Positions 41,206-50,150 of a DNA stretch of 64,000 nt are shown here, piece after piece. Source of the DNA: Mycobacteriales bacterium (GTDB taxonomy: Bacteria > Actinomycetota > Actinomycetes > Mycobacteriales > QHCA01); NCBI GenBank assembly GCA_038237645.1, contig JBBRYN010000001.1, positions 40,101 through 104,100 of the forward strand, in the 5' to 3' direction. The notes under the pieces are model-generated. The model made no database searches. It was not told where the DNA came from and was given only the letters and a program-made list of their open reading frames with translations. Each line of letters opens with the position of its first letter. Position 1 is the stretch's first letter. Both the position numbers and the translations under genes were made by a program.

Positions 41206-42519
41206 ATGGCAGGTCGGGCTGCGACACCTCGCACGGTCCTGGAGCAGATGCTCTGGAAGCAGGACAGGACCTACGAGGAGTTGGCCTGCGACTTCGACGG
41301 GTTGGCACGCCAGATGGGCGAGCGGGCAACGATGAGCGCTCGGCACCTTCGGCGGCTGGCGTCGGGGCAGCGGTCGGGCACGACGCCCGTGACCCGCCGA
41401 GTCCTTCAACAGATGTTCGGCCTGCCCACCGGTGAGCTTCTTCAGTCGTTAGCCGATGGGCACGGCACTGTCACCTCAACGCCGGCCGAGGGGATCCTGG
41501 CCGACCCGAGCGAGCGAGAGTTGGTTGCCATGGCGGCGCAGCGCGCCCGCAAATTCACCCTGTCCACCAAGGCGACCGCGAGTGCTGAGTCCGTGGAGCA
41601 GGTCTATGACGATGTTCGGCGGCTGGCTGTCGCCTACCCTCGACACCCGCTGTCGGAAGTCCTCGCCACTCTCGTCCAGGTGCAGGACAGCACGTATGAA
41701 CTGCTCGAACATCGGCAACGGCCGCAGCAGGCGCGCGATCTGTACCTTCTTGCCGGGGTGGTGGGAGGCATGCTCGCCAAGGCCTCCCACGACCTGGCCG
41801 ATCCATATGCCGCTATGACCCAGGCCCGCGCAGCATTCCTGTGTGCGGACAACGCTGATCATGATGGTCTCCGCGCATGGTTGCGAGGCCTCCAGGCTCT
41901 CATCGCTTACTGGGCCGGTCGTCCAGCCGAGTCGGTCCGGTATGCCCAGTCGGGCGCCGAATACGTGGCCGAAGGGTATGGATCGGCCGGGGTGTGGTTG
42001 TCCTTGAGCCAAGCCCGTGGACTCGCCTCGCTCGGCGACCGGGAGGGCACCATGCATGCGATCCGTCAGGCGGAGGACGGCTGGGAAATGTTCCAGCCAG
42101 ATCAACTTGATGAGTTCGGTGGTATCTGCACATTCACTCGGTCGCGTCAGATCTACTACGCCGCGGACGCGCTCAGCTGGCTTCCCGATGAAGCCGTCCG
42201 TGCGGAGAACTACTCGGTCGAGGCCGTGCAGGCGTACAGCGACACTGACTCATCCGAGTGGGCGTTTGGCGATCAAGCCGGCTCGCACACGAACCTGGCC
42301 ATCGCCCAGATTGCTCGCGGGGAGCTGGACGGTGCCTATGAAGCCCTCGACCCGGTGCTTGGTCTCCCGCCGGGGCGACGGATCAATGGGATCATCCACT
42401 CCCTGCGGCGGGTGAACGACGCGCTGCGGCGATCGACGTCCGACGCGGACCGGGTTGTTGAGTTGCAGGAGGGAATCGAGGCATTCACTCGCACCCCGGT
42501 CGCGGCTCACCTGCGGTGA
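41206..42519 (+). CDS. XRE-family HTH regulator with C-terminal TPR-like domain
   Basis: AAGGAG SD 9 nt upstream of ATG 41206. N-terminal HTH-like region. ~300-aa helical-repeat C-terminus. Divergent from the 40653..41033 gene. Confidence 0.65.
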   Translation: MAGRAATPRTVLEQMLWKQDRTYEELACDFDGLARQMGERATMSARHLRRLASGQRSGTTPVTRRVLQQMFGLPTGELLQSLADGHGTVTSTPAEGILADPSERELVAMAAQRARKFTLSTKATASAESVEQVYDDVRRLAVAYPRHPLSEVLATLVQVQDSTYELLEHRQRPQQARDLYLLAGVVGGMLAKASHDLADPYAAMTQARAAFLCADNADHDGLRAWLRGLQALIAYWAGRPAESVRYAQSGAEYVAEGYGSAGVWLSLSQARGLASLGDREGTMHAIRQAEDGWEMFQPDQLDEFGGICTFTRSRQIYYAADALSWLPDEAVRAENYSVEAVQAYSDTDSSEWAFGDQAGSHTNLAIAQIARGELDGAYEALDPVLGLPPGRRINGIIHSLRRVNDALRRSTSDADRVVELQEGIEAFTRTPVAAHLR

Positions 42520-43139
42520 GCAGATGGGTTCGCACCCCGGTTCAAGTCCCCGGCCACCACGTCGTCCTGCGCGACTTCCGGCCCGACGATGTGGACGCTG
42601 CCCTTGCCGTGGTGGGCGACGACCGGGTAACACGATCGCTGTCCTTCGACAGCCGTGATCGAGATCAGGCAGCGGCCATGATCACCGGCGTGATTGACCG
42701 CGCGAGCCGGGACCCTCGTATCGAGTACTACCTGGCAATCACGCTCACTCAGACGGACGAGGCCATCGGTTTCGCCCGGCTGGGCCTCGACGGAGTTCAA
42801 GCGGCAAAGCTCGGCTACGCGATAGCCGCTGATCTCTGGGGCCGTGGGTACGCCACCGATGCCGCACGCACTATCGTCAGCTTCGGATTCCACGACCTCG
42901 GCCTGCATCGGATCAGCGCCGCAATCGGCCCCGACAACGCGCACTCGATCGCCTTGATTGAGCGGCTCGGTTTTGCGTACGAGGGCCGCATCCGGCACCA
43001 CGTCTTGACCAATGGAGTGTGGCGCGACAGCTTGCTGTACTCCGTTCTCGCCGAAGAGTGGGTCGTCGCCCAGTCGGGTCCGGCCGCCCCGGCCGGACCG
43101 GTGCTCAGCGCAGTGCCTCCGGCTGCCTCTGAGGGGTGA
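42516..43139 (+). CDS. GNAT family N-acetyltransferase (RimJ/RimL-like)
   Basis: Acetyl-CoA motif DLWGRGYATDAARTIVSFGF. 207 aa. Confidence 0.85.
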   Translation: MSRWVRTPVQVPGHHVVLRDFRPDDVDAALAVVGDDRVTRSLSFDSRDRDQAAAMITGVIDRASRDPRIEYYLAITLTQTDEAIGFARLGLDGVQAAKLGYAIAADLWGRGYATDAARTIVSFGFHDLGLHRISAAIGPDNAHSIALIERLGFAYEGRIRHHVLTNGVWRDSLLYSVLAEEWVVAQSGPAAPAGPVLSAVPPAASEG

Positions 43140-44836
43140 TCGTCGCCGGCGAGTTGTCCGCTGCCGGCGTGGCCGGTGAGCCGCTGGCGATCGTCGTCGT
43201 GCCGGGTGTCGGCCTGGCACTGGCCTGGGCCGGCGGCGAGCTGCAGGTGCCGACGCCCGAGCCGGCAACCGTCGTGCGCGATCTGGCGTCCCTGGATCCC
43301 CGGTGGACGTGGTGGTCGGCGCGGGCGACGGCGGCCACGCTGGTCGAGGCCGGAGTACGCCCGCGGATCTGCTGGGACCTCGGCGCGGTCGGACGGCTGC
43401 TGCACGGGCTGCGCCGCGACGACCCAGCGGCCGTGTGGGCCGCCGAGCACGGCCTGCCCGAGCCGCCGCTGCCCGCTGCGGCCCCCGACCTCTTCGACCT
43501 GGACGCTGGATCGGGTGGGCCGGTACGCGGCGACGGTCAGCTCAGCCGGGAGTGGCTGGCCGGAAGCTGGGCGAGCGGCCTCGACTCGGCGCAGCGCTGG
43601 GCCAGGCTGGCGATGGCGGTCCAGGGTCGCCAGGAGGCGGCACTGCACGCCTTGCCTGATTTCCGGCCGGGGCCCCGGCAGCCGCCACTGGCCTGGTTGA
43701 CCGCGTGCGCTGAATCGGCAGTGGCACTGTTGGCGGTGGAGCTCTCCCACGACGGGCTGCCGCTCGACCGGACGGTTTTCGCCGGGCTGCTGCGAGCCGC
43801 CATCGGCGAGCGGCCGGCGGATGCCGCTGAGCGGGCTGCCGGTCAGAGCGCCCGCGACGCGCTGGTGCTGCGGCACTTCGCCGGGCCGCCGGTCGACCTG
43901 CGCAACCCGCTGCAGGTGCGGGAGATGCTCGGCCGGGCCGGCTTCGACGTTCCGGACACCCGGTCCTGGCGCCTGCAGCCGCACGCCGCCACCAACCCGG
44001 GGATCGCGGCCCTGCTCGCCTGGCGCAAGGCCGAGCGAATTGCCACGACGTACGGCTGGCGCTGGCTGTCCCGGCACGTCGGCGAGGACGGGCGGCTGCG
44101 CGGGGGGTGGAACGCGGCCGACGGGGGATCCGGCCGGATGACGGCGGCGGCCGGGCTGCACAATCTGCCGGCGGTGCTGAGGACGGCCGTCCGTGCCGAG
44201 CCCGGCAAGATCCTGGTACGCGCCGACCTGGGCCAGGTGGAGCCGCGGGTGCTCGCGGCCGTCTCCGGCGACGCCGGGCTGGCACAGGCCGCCGGCGCGG
44301 ACGACATGTACGCACCGGTGGCAGCAGCGCTCGGCTGCGACCGGCCGACGGCCAAGGTCGCCGTGCTCGCCGCGATGTACGGCCAGACCTCGGGGGTCGC
44401 CGGCGCGGCGCTGCGCGACATGGACCGCGCCTACCCGCGGGCCATGGCCTACCTGCGAGCGGCAGAGGAGTCCGGGCGGCGGGGCCGGGACGTGCGCACC
44501 TACGGTGGCCGGCTGATCCCCCTGGCGCTGCCCGGGCCGGACGCCGCACCCGGCTACGGCCGCTACGCCCGCAACGCCGTCGTGCAGGGGGCGGCGGCTG
44601 AGCTGTTCAAGGCCTGGACGGCGACCGTCCGGGACGGTCTGCGAGTGATCGGCGGGGAGATCGTGCTGTGCCTGCATGACGAACTGCTGCTGCAGGTGCC
44701 ACGGCGACAGGCCGGCGCCACCAGGGAACTGCTCTCCGCAAGTCTGGACAGCACGACTCGCTGGTGGGCCGCCGGCAGCCCGGTGCGTTTCGTCGTCGAG
44801 GTGAGCTTCGGCGCCAGTTGGGCCGACGCCCACTGA
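43136..44836 (+). CDS. Minimal family-A DNA polymerase (PolA paralog lacking 5'-3' exo; degenerate exo-like N-domain)
   Basis: Motif A-like VRADLGQVEPRVLAAVSGD. Motif B RPTAKVAVLAAMYGQTSG. Motif C LCLHDELLLQV. GTGA overlap with GNAT stop. Confidence 0.75.
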   Translation: MIVAGELSAAGVAGEPLAIVVVPGVGLALAWAGGELQVPTPEPATVVRDLASLDPRWTWWSARATAATLVEAGVRPRICWDLGAVGRLLHGLRRDDPAAVWAAEHGLPEPPLPAAAPDLFDLDAGSGGPVRGDGQLSREWLAGSWASGLDSAQRWARLAMAVQGRQEAALHALPDFRPGPRQPPLAWLTACAESAVALLAVELSHDGLPLDRTVFAGLLRAAIGERPADAAERAAGQSARDALVLRHFAGPPVDLRNPLQVREMLGRAGFDVPDTRSWRLQPHAATNPGIAALLAWRKAERIATTYGWRWLSRHVGEDGRLRGGWNAADGGSGRMTAAAGLHNLPAVLRTAVRAEPGKILVRADLGQVEPRVLAAVSGDAGLAQAAGADDMYAPVAAALGCDRPTAKVAVLAAMYGQTSGVAGAALRDMDRAYPRAMAYLRAAEESGRRGRDVRTYGGRLIPLALPGPDAAPGYGRYARNAVVQGAAAELFKAWTATVRDGLRVIGGEIVLCLHDELLLQVPRRQAGATRELLSASLDSTTRWWAAGSPVRFVVEVSFGASWADAH

Positions 44837-44858
44837 TTGTTATTTCACTACCTTGCCA

Positions 44859-44883
44859 GTGCCGGACGACAGTATTCCGGCAC
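44859..44883 (+). terminator. Hairpin between convergent genes (GTGCCGGA-9 nt-TCCGGCAC)
   Basis: Perfect 8-bp inverted repeat in a relatively AT-rich spacer after the polymerase stop. Weak T-tract. Confidence 0.3.
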
Positions 44884-44925
44884 AGGTTTCCGGCACACTG
44901 GCCTCCGGCAGAAAGGTCAGCCGGT

Positions 44926-46437
44926 TCACGCGGGGCCGATCAGGCCCGCGGTGATCTGCGCCGAGAGCAGCACCAGCGGCAGCCCGCCGCCGGGATGCGC
45001 CGAGCCGCCGACCAGGAACAGCCCCGGCAGCGGGGCGCGGTTGGCCGGCCGCAGGAAGGCGGCCCGCGGGCCGTTGGACGACGTCCCGTAGATCGCCCCG
45101 CCCACCGACCGGGTCTCGCGCTGCAGGTCGGCGGGAGTGCGGACCTCGGTGAACATCAGCCGGTCGCGCACGTCGTGACCGCGGTCGGCCAGCACCTCCA
45201 ACAGCCGCGCGGCGTAGGACTCCGCCCGGCCCGGCGCCGTCCAGTCGATCGCGCCGACGATCCCGTGAGCCCCCGAGTCGGTGCCGGCGTAGTGCCGTGC
45301 TGCATTGACCAGCACGAACCATGCCTCGTGCCCGTCCGGCGCAGCGGCCGGATCGTCCGGCACGCTGACGTACAGGGTCGGGTCGTCCACCGGTCGCGCA
45401 GCTGCGCCGAAAACGGCGTCGAACTCGGCGTCGTAGTCGACCGGAAAGAAGACGTTGTGGTGCGCCAGCCCGCGCGTACGTCCCCGTACCCCCAACAGCA
45501 GGACGAACGCCGACAGCGAGGGAGTGGCCCGGCGCAGCCGTCGCGCTGCACGGGGCAGGTCCACCAGGCTGCCGTAGACATGTGCCGCGTCGACGTCTGT
45601 GACGACGACGTCGGCCGGCAGCCGGCCGCCGCCGGCGAGCACCACGGCACTGGGCCGCCCGGCGGCGTGCTCGATAGCGGTGACATCTGCCGACGTGCGC
45701 AGCGTCGCCCCCGCCTCGATGCAGCGGGCCTGCAGCGCGCCGACGATCCGGCGCAGGCCGCCGCGGACATACCAGCCGCCGAAGGCCAGCTCGGCATAAG
45801 GGACGGCGGCCAGTGCCGCCGGCGCGCGCCGCGGGTCGGAACCGGTGTAGGTGGCGTAGCGCTCCAACAGCATCCGCAGCCGCGGATCGCGCAGGTGGGA
45901 CCGCCCGAGACTGCGCAGCGTCCGCCATGGCGCGATCGCCAGCAGGTCGCGCACGTGCCGGCTCTGGCGGAGCAGCGCCGGCAGGCCGGCCACCGGTGCG
46001 GACAGGAACGGCCCCGACGCCGCGGCCCAGATCCGCTCAGCCCGGCGCCAGAGCCGGTCCCAGTCCGCGCCGGCCGAGCCGCCGAGGGTGGCCTCGATCC
46101 GTTGGCAGAACATCTCGTGGTCGGAGCAGGAGTCCAGCATCGTGCCGTCAGCGAAGCGATATCTGGCCACCGGATCCAGCGGTACGAGGTCGAGCACCGA
46201 CTCCAGCGGGTCACCAGTGACATTGAACAGGTCGCCCAGCACCTGCGGGAGGGTCAGCAGCGACGGGCCGGTGTCGAAGCGGAACTGCCCGGCCGGCGTC
46301 CCGGTGACGAACTCGCCGAGCTTTCCGCCGAGCGCCGTCGACTGCTCGCACACGGTCACGGTATGGCCCAGCGCCGCCAGCCGAGCCGCCGCCGCCAGGC
46401 CGCCCACGCCGCCACCCACGACGACGATCCGGCTCAT
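44926..46437 (-). CDS. crtD: Carotenoid desaturase of the CrtI/CrtD family (putative 3,4-desaturase)
   Basis: FAD motif IVVVGGGVGGLAAAARLA. Phytoene-desaturase-family length. In an operon with carotenoid-tailoring genes. Confidence 0.8.
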   Translation of the reverse strand: MSRIVVVGGGVGGLAAAARLAALGHTVTVCEQSTALGGKLGEFVTGTPAGQFRFDTGPSLLTLPQVLGDLFNVTGDPLESVLDLVPLDPVARYRFADGTMLDSCSDHEMFCQRIEATLGGSAGADWDRLWRRAERIWAAASGPFLSAPVAGLPALLRQSRHVRDLLAIAPWRTLRSLGRSHLRDPRLRMLLERYATYTGSDPRRAPAALAAVPYAELAFGGWYVRGGLRRIVGALQARCIEAGATLRTSADVTAIEHAAGRPSAVVLAGGGRLPADVVVTDVDAAHVYGSLVDLPRAARRLRRATPSLSAFVLLLGVRGRTRGLAHHNVFFPVDYDAEFDAVFGAAARPVDDPTLYVSVPDDPAAAPDGHEAWFVLVNAARHYAGTDSGAHGIVGAIDWTAPGRAESYAARLLEVLADRGHDVRDRLMFTEVRTPADLQRETRSVGGAIYGTSSNGPRAAFLRPANRAPLPGLFLVGGSAHPGGGLPLVLLSAQITAGLIGPA

Positions 46438-47474
46438 GGCACGGGCCGTCCCTTCCAGACCAGCTCACCCCGTCGCCGGGCCAGGACCGACCGCGCGGTC
46501 AGCCAGCCGAACAACAACACCGACACCGGATGGGCGCAGGCGTCGGGCCACACCCGTCCGCCGGTGCGCCGGGCGGTGATAGCTCGGCCAGCCACACCGG
46601 CGAGGTAACCGACCAGGCCGGCCCGCGACCCGCGCAGGGCGGCCAGCGGCGGCAGCACGTACACCGCGGTGAGAGCCGCGGCGACCGTGACCGCGCCGCC
46701 GCGCGAACCGAATGCCGCCCACAGCGACTTGGCGTAGCCGGCCGACAGATCGGCCCAGTTCTCATACATCGTGCAGCTCGCCAGCCACGTGCCGTCGACG
46801 ACACCGCCCACGCCACCGGTGGCCTTGACCGCCCGGAGCAGCGCCACGTCCTCGACCACCGCCGCCCGGACGGCGGCATGGCCGCCGGCCCGGTCGTAGG
46901 CCGTCCGCCGGACGGCGAGGAACTGGCCGTTGGCCGCGGCCAACGACGGTCGCGGCGACCGCTCGGCCAGCCGGAGCGGGAGGAAGGACAGCCACGACCA
47001 TTGCAGCAGCGGCTGCACCAGTAGCGGGGCCGGCCCGGAGGCGACCTGCCGGGGGTACGGGGAGATCAGATCGAGGCCGGTGCGCTGCAGCAGGTCGACG
47101 GCGGCCGAGACCGCGTGCGGTGAGAGCACCACGTCGGCATCGACGAACACCAGGACGGCGGCGGCCGGATCCGCGGCATCGGCAAGCTGCTGGCAGGCGT
47201 GCGGCTTGCCCAGCCAGCCGACCGGCGGCTCCCGCCCGGTGAGCAGTCTGGCGTCGCGGGTGATCGATCCGCGGGTCAGGGCGCCGCGGATCGCATCCGT
47301 GGTCCCGTCGGTGGAGCCGTCGTCGAGCACGACGATCTCCATCCGGTCGCCGGCCGTCTGCTGCAGCAGGGCGGCCAGGCACGGGCCCACCCGGTGCGCC
47401 TCGTCACGTACCGGCAACAGCACCGAGACCTTGACCCCGGGCGGCGGTGGCCGTGCCGACGGGCGGCGGAGCAA
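46434..47474 (-). CDS. Family 2 glycosyltransferase (carotenoid glycosyltransferase CruC/CrtX-like)
   Basis: VSVLLPVRDE and VVLDDGSTDGT GT-A motifs. ATGA overlap with crtD start. TTG/GTG start estimated. The long N-terminal extension in the ORF track overlaps the next gene and is an artefact. Confidence 0.75.
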   Translation of the reverse strand: MLRRPSARPPPPGVKVSVLLPVRDEAHRVGPCLAALLQQTAGDRMEIVVLDDGSTDGTTDAIRGALTRGSITRDARLLTGREPPVGWLGKPHACQQLADAADPAAAVLVFVDADVVLSPHAVSAAVDLLQRTGLDLISPYPRQVASGPAPLLVQPLLQWSWLSFLPLRLAERSPRPSLAAANGQFLAVRRTAYDRAGGHAAVRAAVVEDVALLRAVKATGGVGGVVDGTWLASCTMYENWADLSAGYAKSLWAAFGSRGGAVTVAAALTAVYVLPPLAALRGSRAGLVGYLAGVAGRAITARRTGGRVWPDACAHPVSVLLFGWLTARSVLARRRGELVWKGRPVP

Positions 47475-47539
47475 GGCGGCGTTGACCGCGGCATGCGCGG
47501 CGGCGCCTGCCGCAACGACGGCACACCACCGGACCGGCC

Positions 47540-48292
47540 TCACCGGCGCTGCCCGGCGATCAACGTCACGGCCAGCGGGACGGCGACCACCCCCATCGCC
47601 GCGGCACCCCACACCGCCGAGCCCGGCAGCCCGAAGAAGCACGCGTGCCCGGCGACCGAGGACGCGTAGGTCCACAGGTACAGCGTGATCGGCACCGCGT
47701 CCGACGGCGAACGTCGAGCGGGCAGCAGGAGTACGAGGAGTAGGCCCATCGTGCCGGCGACGGCCAGCCAGCCGGCGTAGTTGGACACCGGCACATGCGG
47801 CACGCCGGGCAGCGCGGGCTGCGGGTCCACCCATCGCCAGTGGCCCGCACCGACCATCTGCGGGTCGAGAAACAGGTCCCAGGTGGCCAGTGCCAGGCCG
47901 GACAGCAGCCCGTGCGCGAGCCGGCGCGAGGTCAGCCGGCCGGCCACCACGTACGCCGGGTAGGCCATCATCGTCCAGGCCAGCGGGACCACCAGCGGCA
48001 CGCCGGCGACCCCGGCTCCCAGGCCGCCGGTGTAGGAGTAGCGCCCGAACGGGATCCCGGTGGCCACCCCGATCGCCTCGGCAAGCAGTCCTCCGGCGGC
48101 GGTGACTGCGACGAAGACGGCCGTCCAGCGGGCTCCCCGCGTCGCCGCGGCATGGGTAACTGAGGCAAGAAAGAAGCAGCAGACCGTGGTGACCGTCAAC
48201 GGGGAGCGCAGCGGCTCCCTGACGAGCGGGTAGGCGATCTCGGTGAGCACGGTGAGCGCCGCCGAGCCGGCGGCGGCCCGGCGACCCACCAC
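47540..48292 (-). CDS. cruF: Carotenoid biosynthesis membrane protein (DUF422, CruF-like C-1',2' hydratase)
   Basis: Multi-TM protein with W/H-rich loops (HWRWVDP, SNYAGW), as in CruF-type hydratases from recall. Start approximate (GTG 48292 or 48289). Confidence 0.55.
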   Translation of the reverse strand: MVGRRAAAGSAALTVLTEIAYPLVREPLRSPLTVTTVCCFFLASVTHAAATRGARWTAVFVAVTAAGGLLAEAIGVATGIPFGRYSYTGGLGAGVAGVPLVVPLAWTMMAYPAYVVAGRLTSRRLAHGLLSGLALATWDLFLDPQMVGAGHWRWVDPQPALPGVPHVPVSNYAGWLAVAGTMGLLLVLLLPARRSPSDAVPITLYLWTYASSVAGHACFFGLPGSAVWGAAAMGVVAVPLAVTLIAGQRR

Positions 48293-48303
48293 GGCGACCC
48301 GGC

Positions 48304-48852
48304 TCAGCGACCCGCCCTGGGCAAGCCGTCGAGGGGGAGGGTGCGGGCCAGCACCCCGAAGCGCCTGGTGTCCCCGGCGAACCGGTGGTGCCGCCGGAGG
48401 TCGACGAAGTCGAGCCGGCGATACAGCCGCCAGGCCCGCGACTCGCCCTCGGGGGTCGACAGCACGACCGTGGCATGCGGGCACCCGTCGAGGAGGCGGG
48501 CGAGCAGCCGCTGGCCGATTCCGTGTCCCTGCTGGTCGGGCCGCACGTGCAGTTCGCAGACCTCGAATGGGTCGGTCAGCCACCGCGCCGCGACCTCCTC
48601 GTCGAGGTCGCGGCGCACCTCGTCGTGCCACCACTGGCCGGGTGCGCCTCGATAGCCGTACGCGAAGCCGATCACCTCCCCCGATTCGTCCAGCGCGCCG
48701 GTGGCCCGGAAGCCGTTGCGCTGGGTGTGCACGACGACGTACCCCTTACGTTGCCGTCCGGTTTCCGCCGAATAGCCCATGGCCGCGCAGTAGATGTCGA
48801 GCGCGGTGTCGAGATGGTGCCGCAGATCGGCGCCCGACCAAGTGACGATCAT
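48304..48852 (-). CDS. GNAT family acetyltransferase
   Basis: Acetyl-CoA motif QQGHGIGQRLLARLL. 182 aa. The start region is triplicated (see repeat). Confidence 0.8.
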   Translation of the reverse strand: MIVTWSGADLRHHLDTALDIYCAAMGYSAETGRQRKGYVVVHTQRNGFRATGALDESGEVIGFAYGYRGAPGQWWHDEVRRDLDEEVAARWLTDPFEVCELHVRPDQQGHGIGQRLLARLLDGCPHATVVLSTPEGESRAWRLYRRLDFVDLRRHHRFAGDTRRFGVLARTLPLDGLPRAGR

Positions 48853-48883
48853 CGGGTGACGATCATCGGGTGACGATCATCGG
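48842..48883 (-). repeat. 14-bp x3 perfect tandem repeat (gtgacgatcatcgg) spanning the GNAT start codon and the stop of the upstream gene
   Basis: Read directly from the sequence. Creates two upstream mini-ORFs (MIVTR-stop) ahead of the real GNAT ATG. Confidence 0.95.
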
Positions 48884-49584
48884 GCCAGCGGGTCGCGGCC
48901 GAAGAGGGTGCCGGAGCTGCTGACCACAGCGAAGCGGGCGAACAACTCCTCGGCGTACCACCGTTCCTGCGTCGTTCGCCGGACGACCTCGGTGTGAACC
49001 GGTCGACGGTAGGCGAAGTCGTGCAGCGAGTCGGCGTCGTCCCAGACGCTGAACGTCCCCTGCAGCCCGATCGGCAGCTCACCGATGCCCATGCTGACCA
49101 GCAATCCCGGACAGCGACGCAGGTCGGCGGACACCGGTGGCACGGCCCGCCAGAAGGCCAGCGCCCGCTGCGGGGCGAGGCGGGCCCTGGTCAGGGCCGC
49201 CACCGGGCCCTGCCATCGTGCGGGATAGGGCCGGCCGAACGGTTCCCGGCCGGACCACCGGCCGCGGGATGCCAGCGGCACCAGGTCGCCGCGCCACCGC
49301 TCCGTGGCGATCCGCCGCCATCGGGCGGCGCTCACGGAGCGTTCGAAGGCATCCGCGGCGTCCCGGCTGGCCCAGGTGCTCAACAGGGCCCACCGGGTCG
49401 GGTCGCTGTCGCGGACGGTGAACGTACGGCCGCTGCCGGTGCCCAGGAGCTTGGCAAACCGCAGGCCTGACATCCGGCGCAGCGGCCGGCGGCCCGCAGC
49501 CATCCGCAGCAGCGCGGCCGGCATGCGCCGCAGCGGCACCCGCCACACGTGCAGTGTGACCAGCGCCGGCACGGGCTCCATCAT
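48877..49584 (-). CDS. CrtA-like protein (spheroidene monooxygenase family), putative carotenoid oxygenase
   Basis: VTLHVWRVP...LRFAKLLGTGSGRTFT...STWASRDAADAF pattern resembles CrtA N-terminus from recall. Family assignment tentative. Confidence 0.55.
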   Translation of the reverse strand: MMEPVPALVTLHVWRVPLRRMPAALLRMAAGRRPLRRMSGLRFAKLLGTGSGRTFTVRDSDPTRWALLSTWASRDAADAFERSVSAARWRRIATERWRGDLVPLASRGRWSGREPFGRPYPARWQGPVAALTRARLAPQRALAFWRAVPPVSADLRRCPGLLVSMGIGELPIGLQGTFSVWDDADSLHDFAYRRPVHTEVVRRTTQERWYAEELFARFAVVSSSGTLFGRDPLAR

Positions 49585-49605
49585 GGTGGCTGAGCCTACG
49601 GCCGG

Positions 49606-50067
49606 TCAGATCACCTCGATCGACCTGCCGCCGGTGGGCCGCAGCAATTCGTCGTAGCTGGTGTCGAAGACGGCGTCGGGTGTGCCGGCGCCGCACCACA
49701 CGACCGGATAATTGGCAAGGGTGACGTCGACCGCGGTCCGCAGCGGATGCGGATGGCCGACCGGCGCCACGCCGCCGATCGGCTGGCCGGTCGCCTCGCG
49801 CACGTATTCCGCGTCGGCCTGCTCGAGCGGGGGCAGGTCGAGCAGCACCGAGACCTTGGCGGTATCCACCCGGTGGGCTCCGCTGGCCAGGACCAGGATC
49901 GGCTCGGTCGACCGGAAGATCAGGCTGTTGGCGATGGCGCCGATCTCGACGCCGAGCGCGTCGGCGGCCAGTGCCGCGGTCAGCGCCGCGATCGGCAGTT
50001 CACGTACGGCACCGGTGGCTCCCAGCGCTCGTAGCGCCGCCGCCACTCCCTCGGCATTGGGGTGCAT
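49606..50067 (-). CDS. YbaK/ProX-like aminoacyl-tRNA editing domain protein
   Basis: 153 aa. SLIFRS...GGVAPVGHP pattern of the YbaK deacylase family. Confidence 0.75.
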   Translation of the reverse strand: MHPNAEGVAAALRALGATGAVRELPIAALTAALAADALGVEIGAIANSLIFRSTEPILVLASGAHRVDTAKVSVLLDLPPLEQADAEYVREATGQPIGGVAPVGHPHPLRTAVDVTLANYPVVWCGAGTPDAVFDTSYDELLRPTGGRSIEVI

Positions 50068-50150
50068 GTCAACAGTTGAGCAGAACTACTCAGCTCCGTC
50101 GAGCAGCAGTCCGCAGGACCGGCCGCCGGGCGGCCGCAAGGGTTGTAGCC

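Noticed and set aside
44764-46608. 614-aa ORF on the + strand
   Set aside because: It is antisense to crtD, which has clear FAD-binding and family motifs.
46434-48476. 680-aa ORF treated as a single gene
   Set aside because: It is a fusion of the real GT2 gene (3' part) with an out-of-context upstream frame that overlaps the CruF-like gene in a different frame. Only the GT-A motif-containing part was called.
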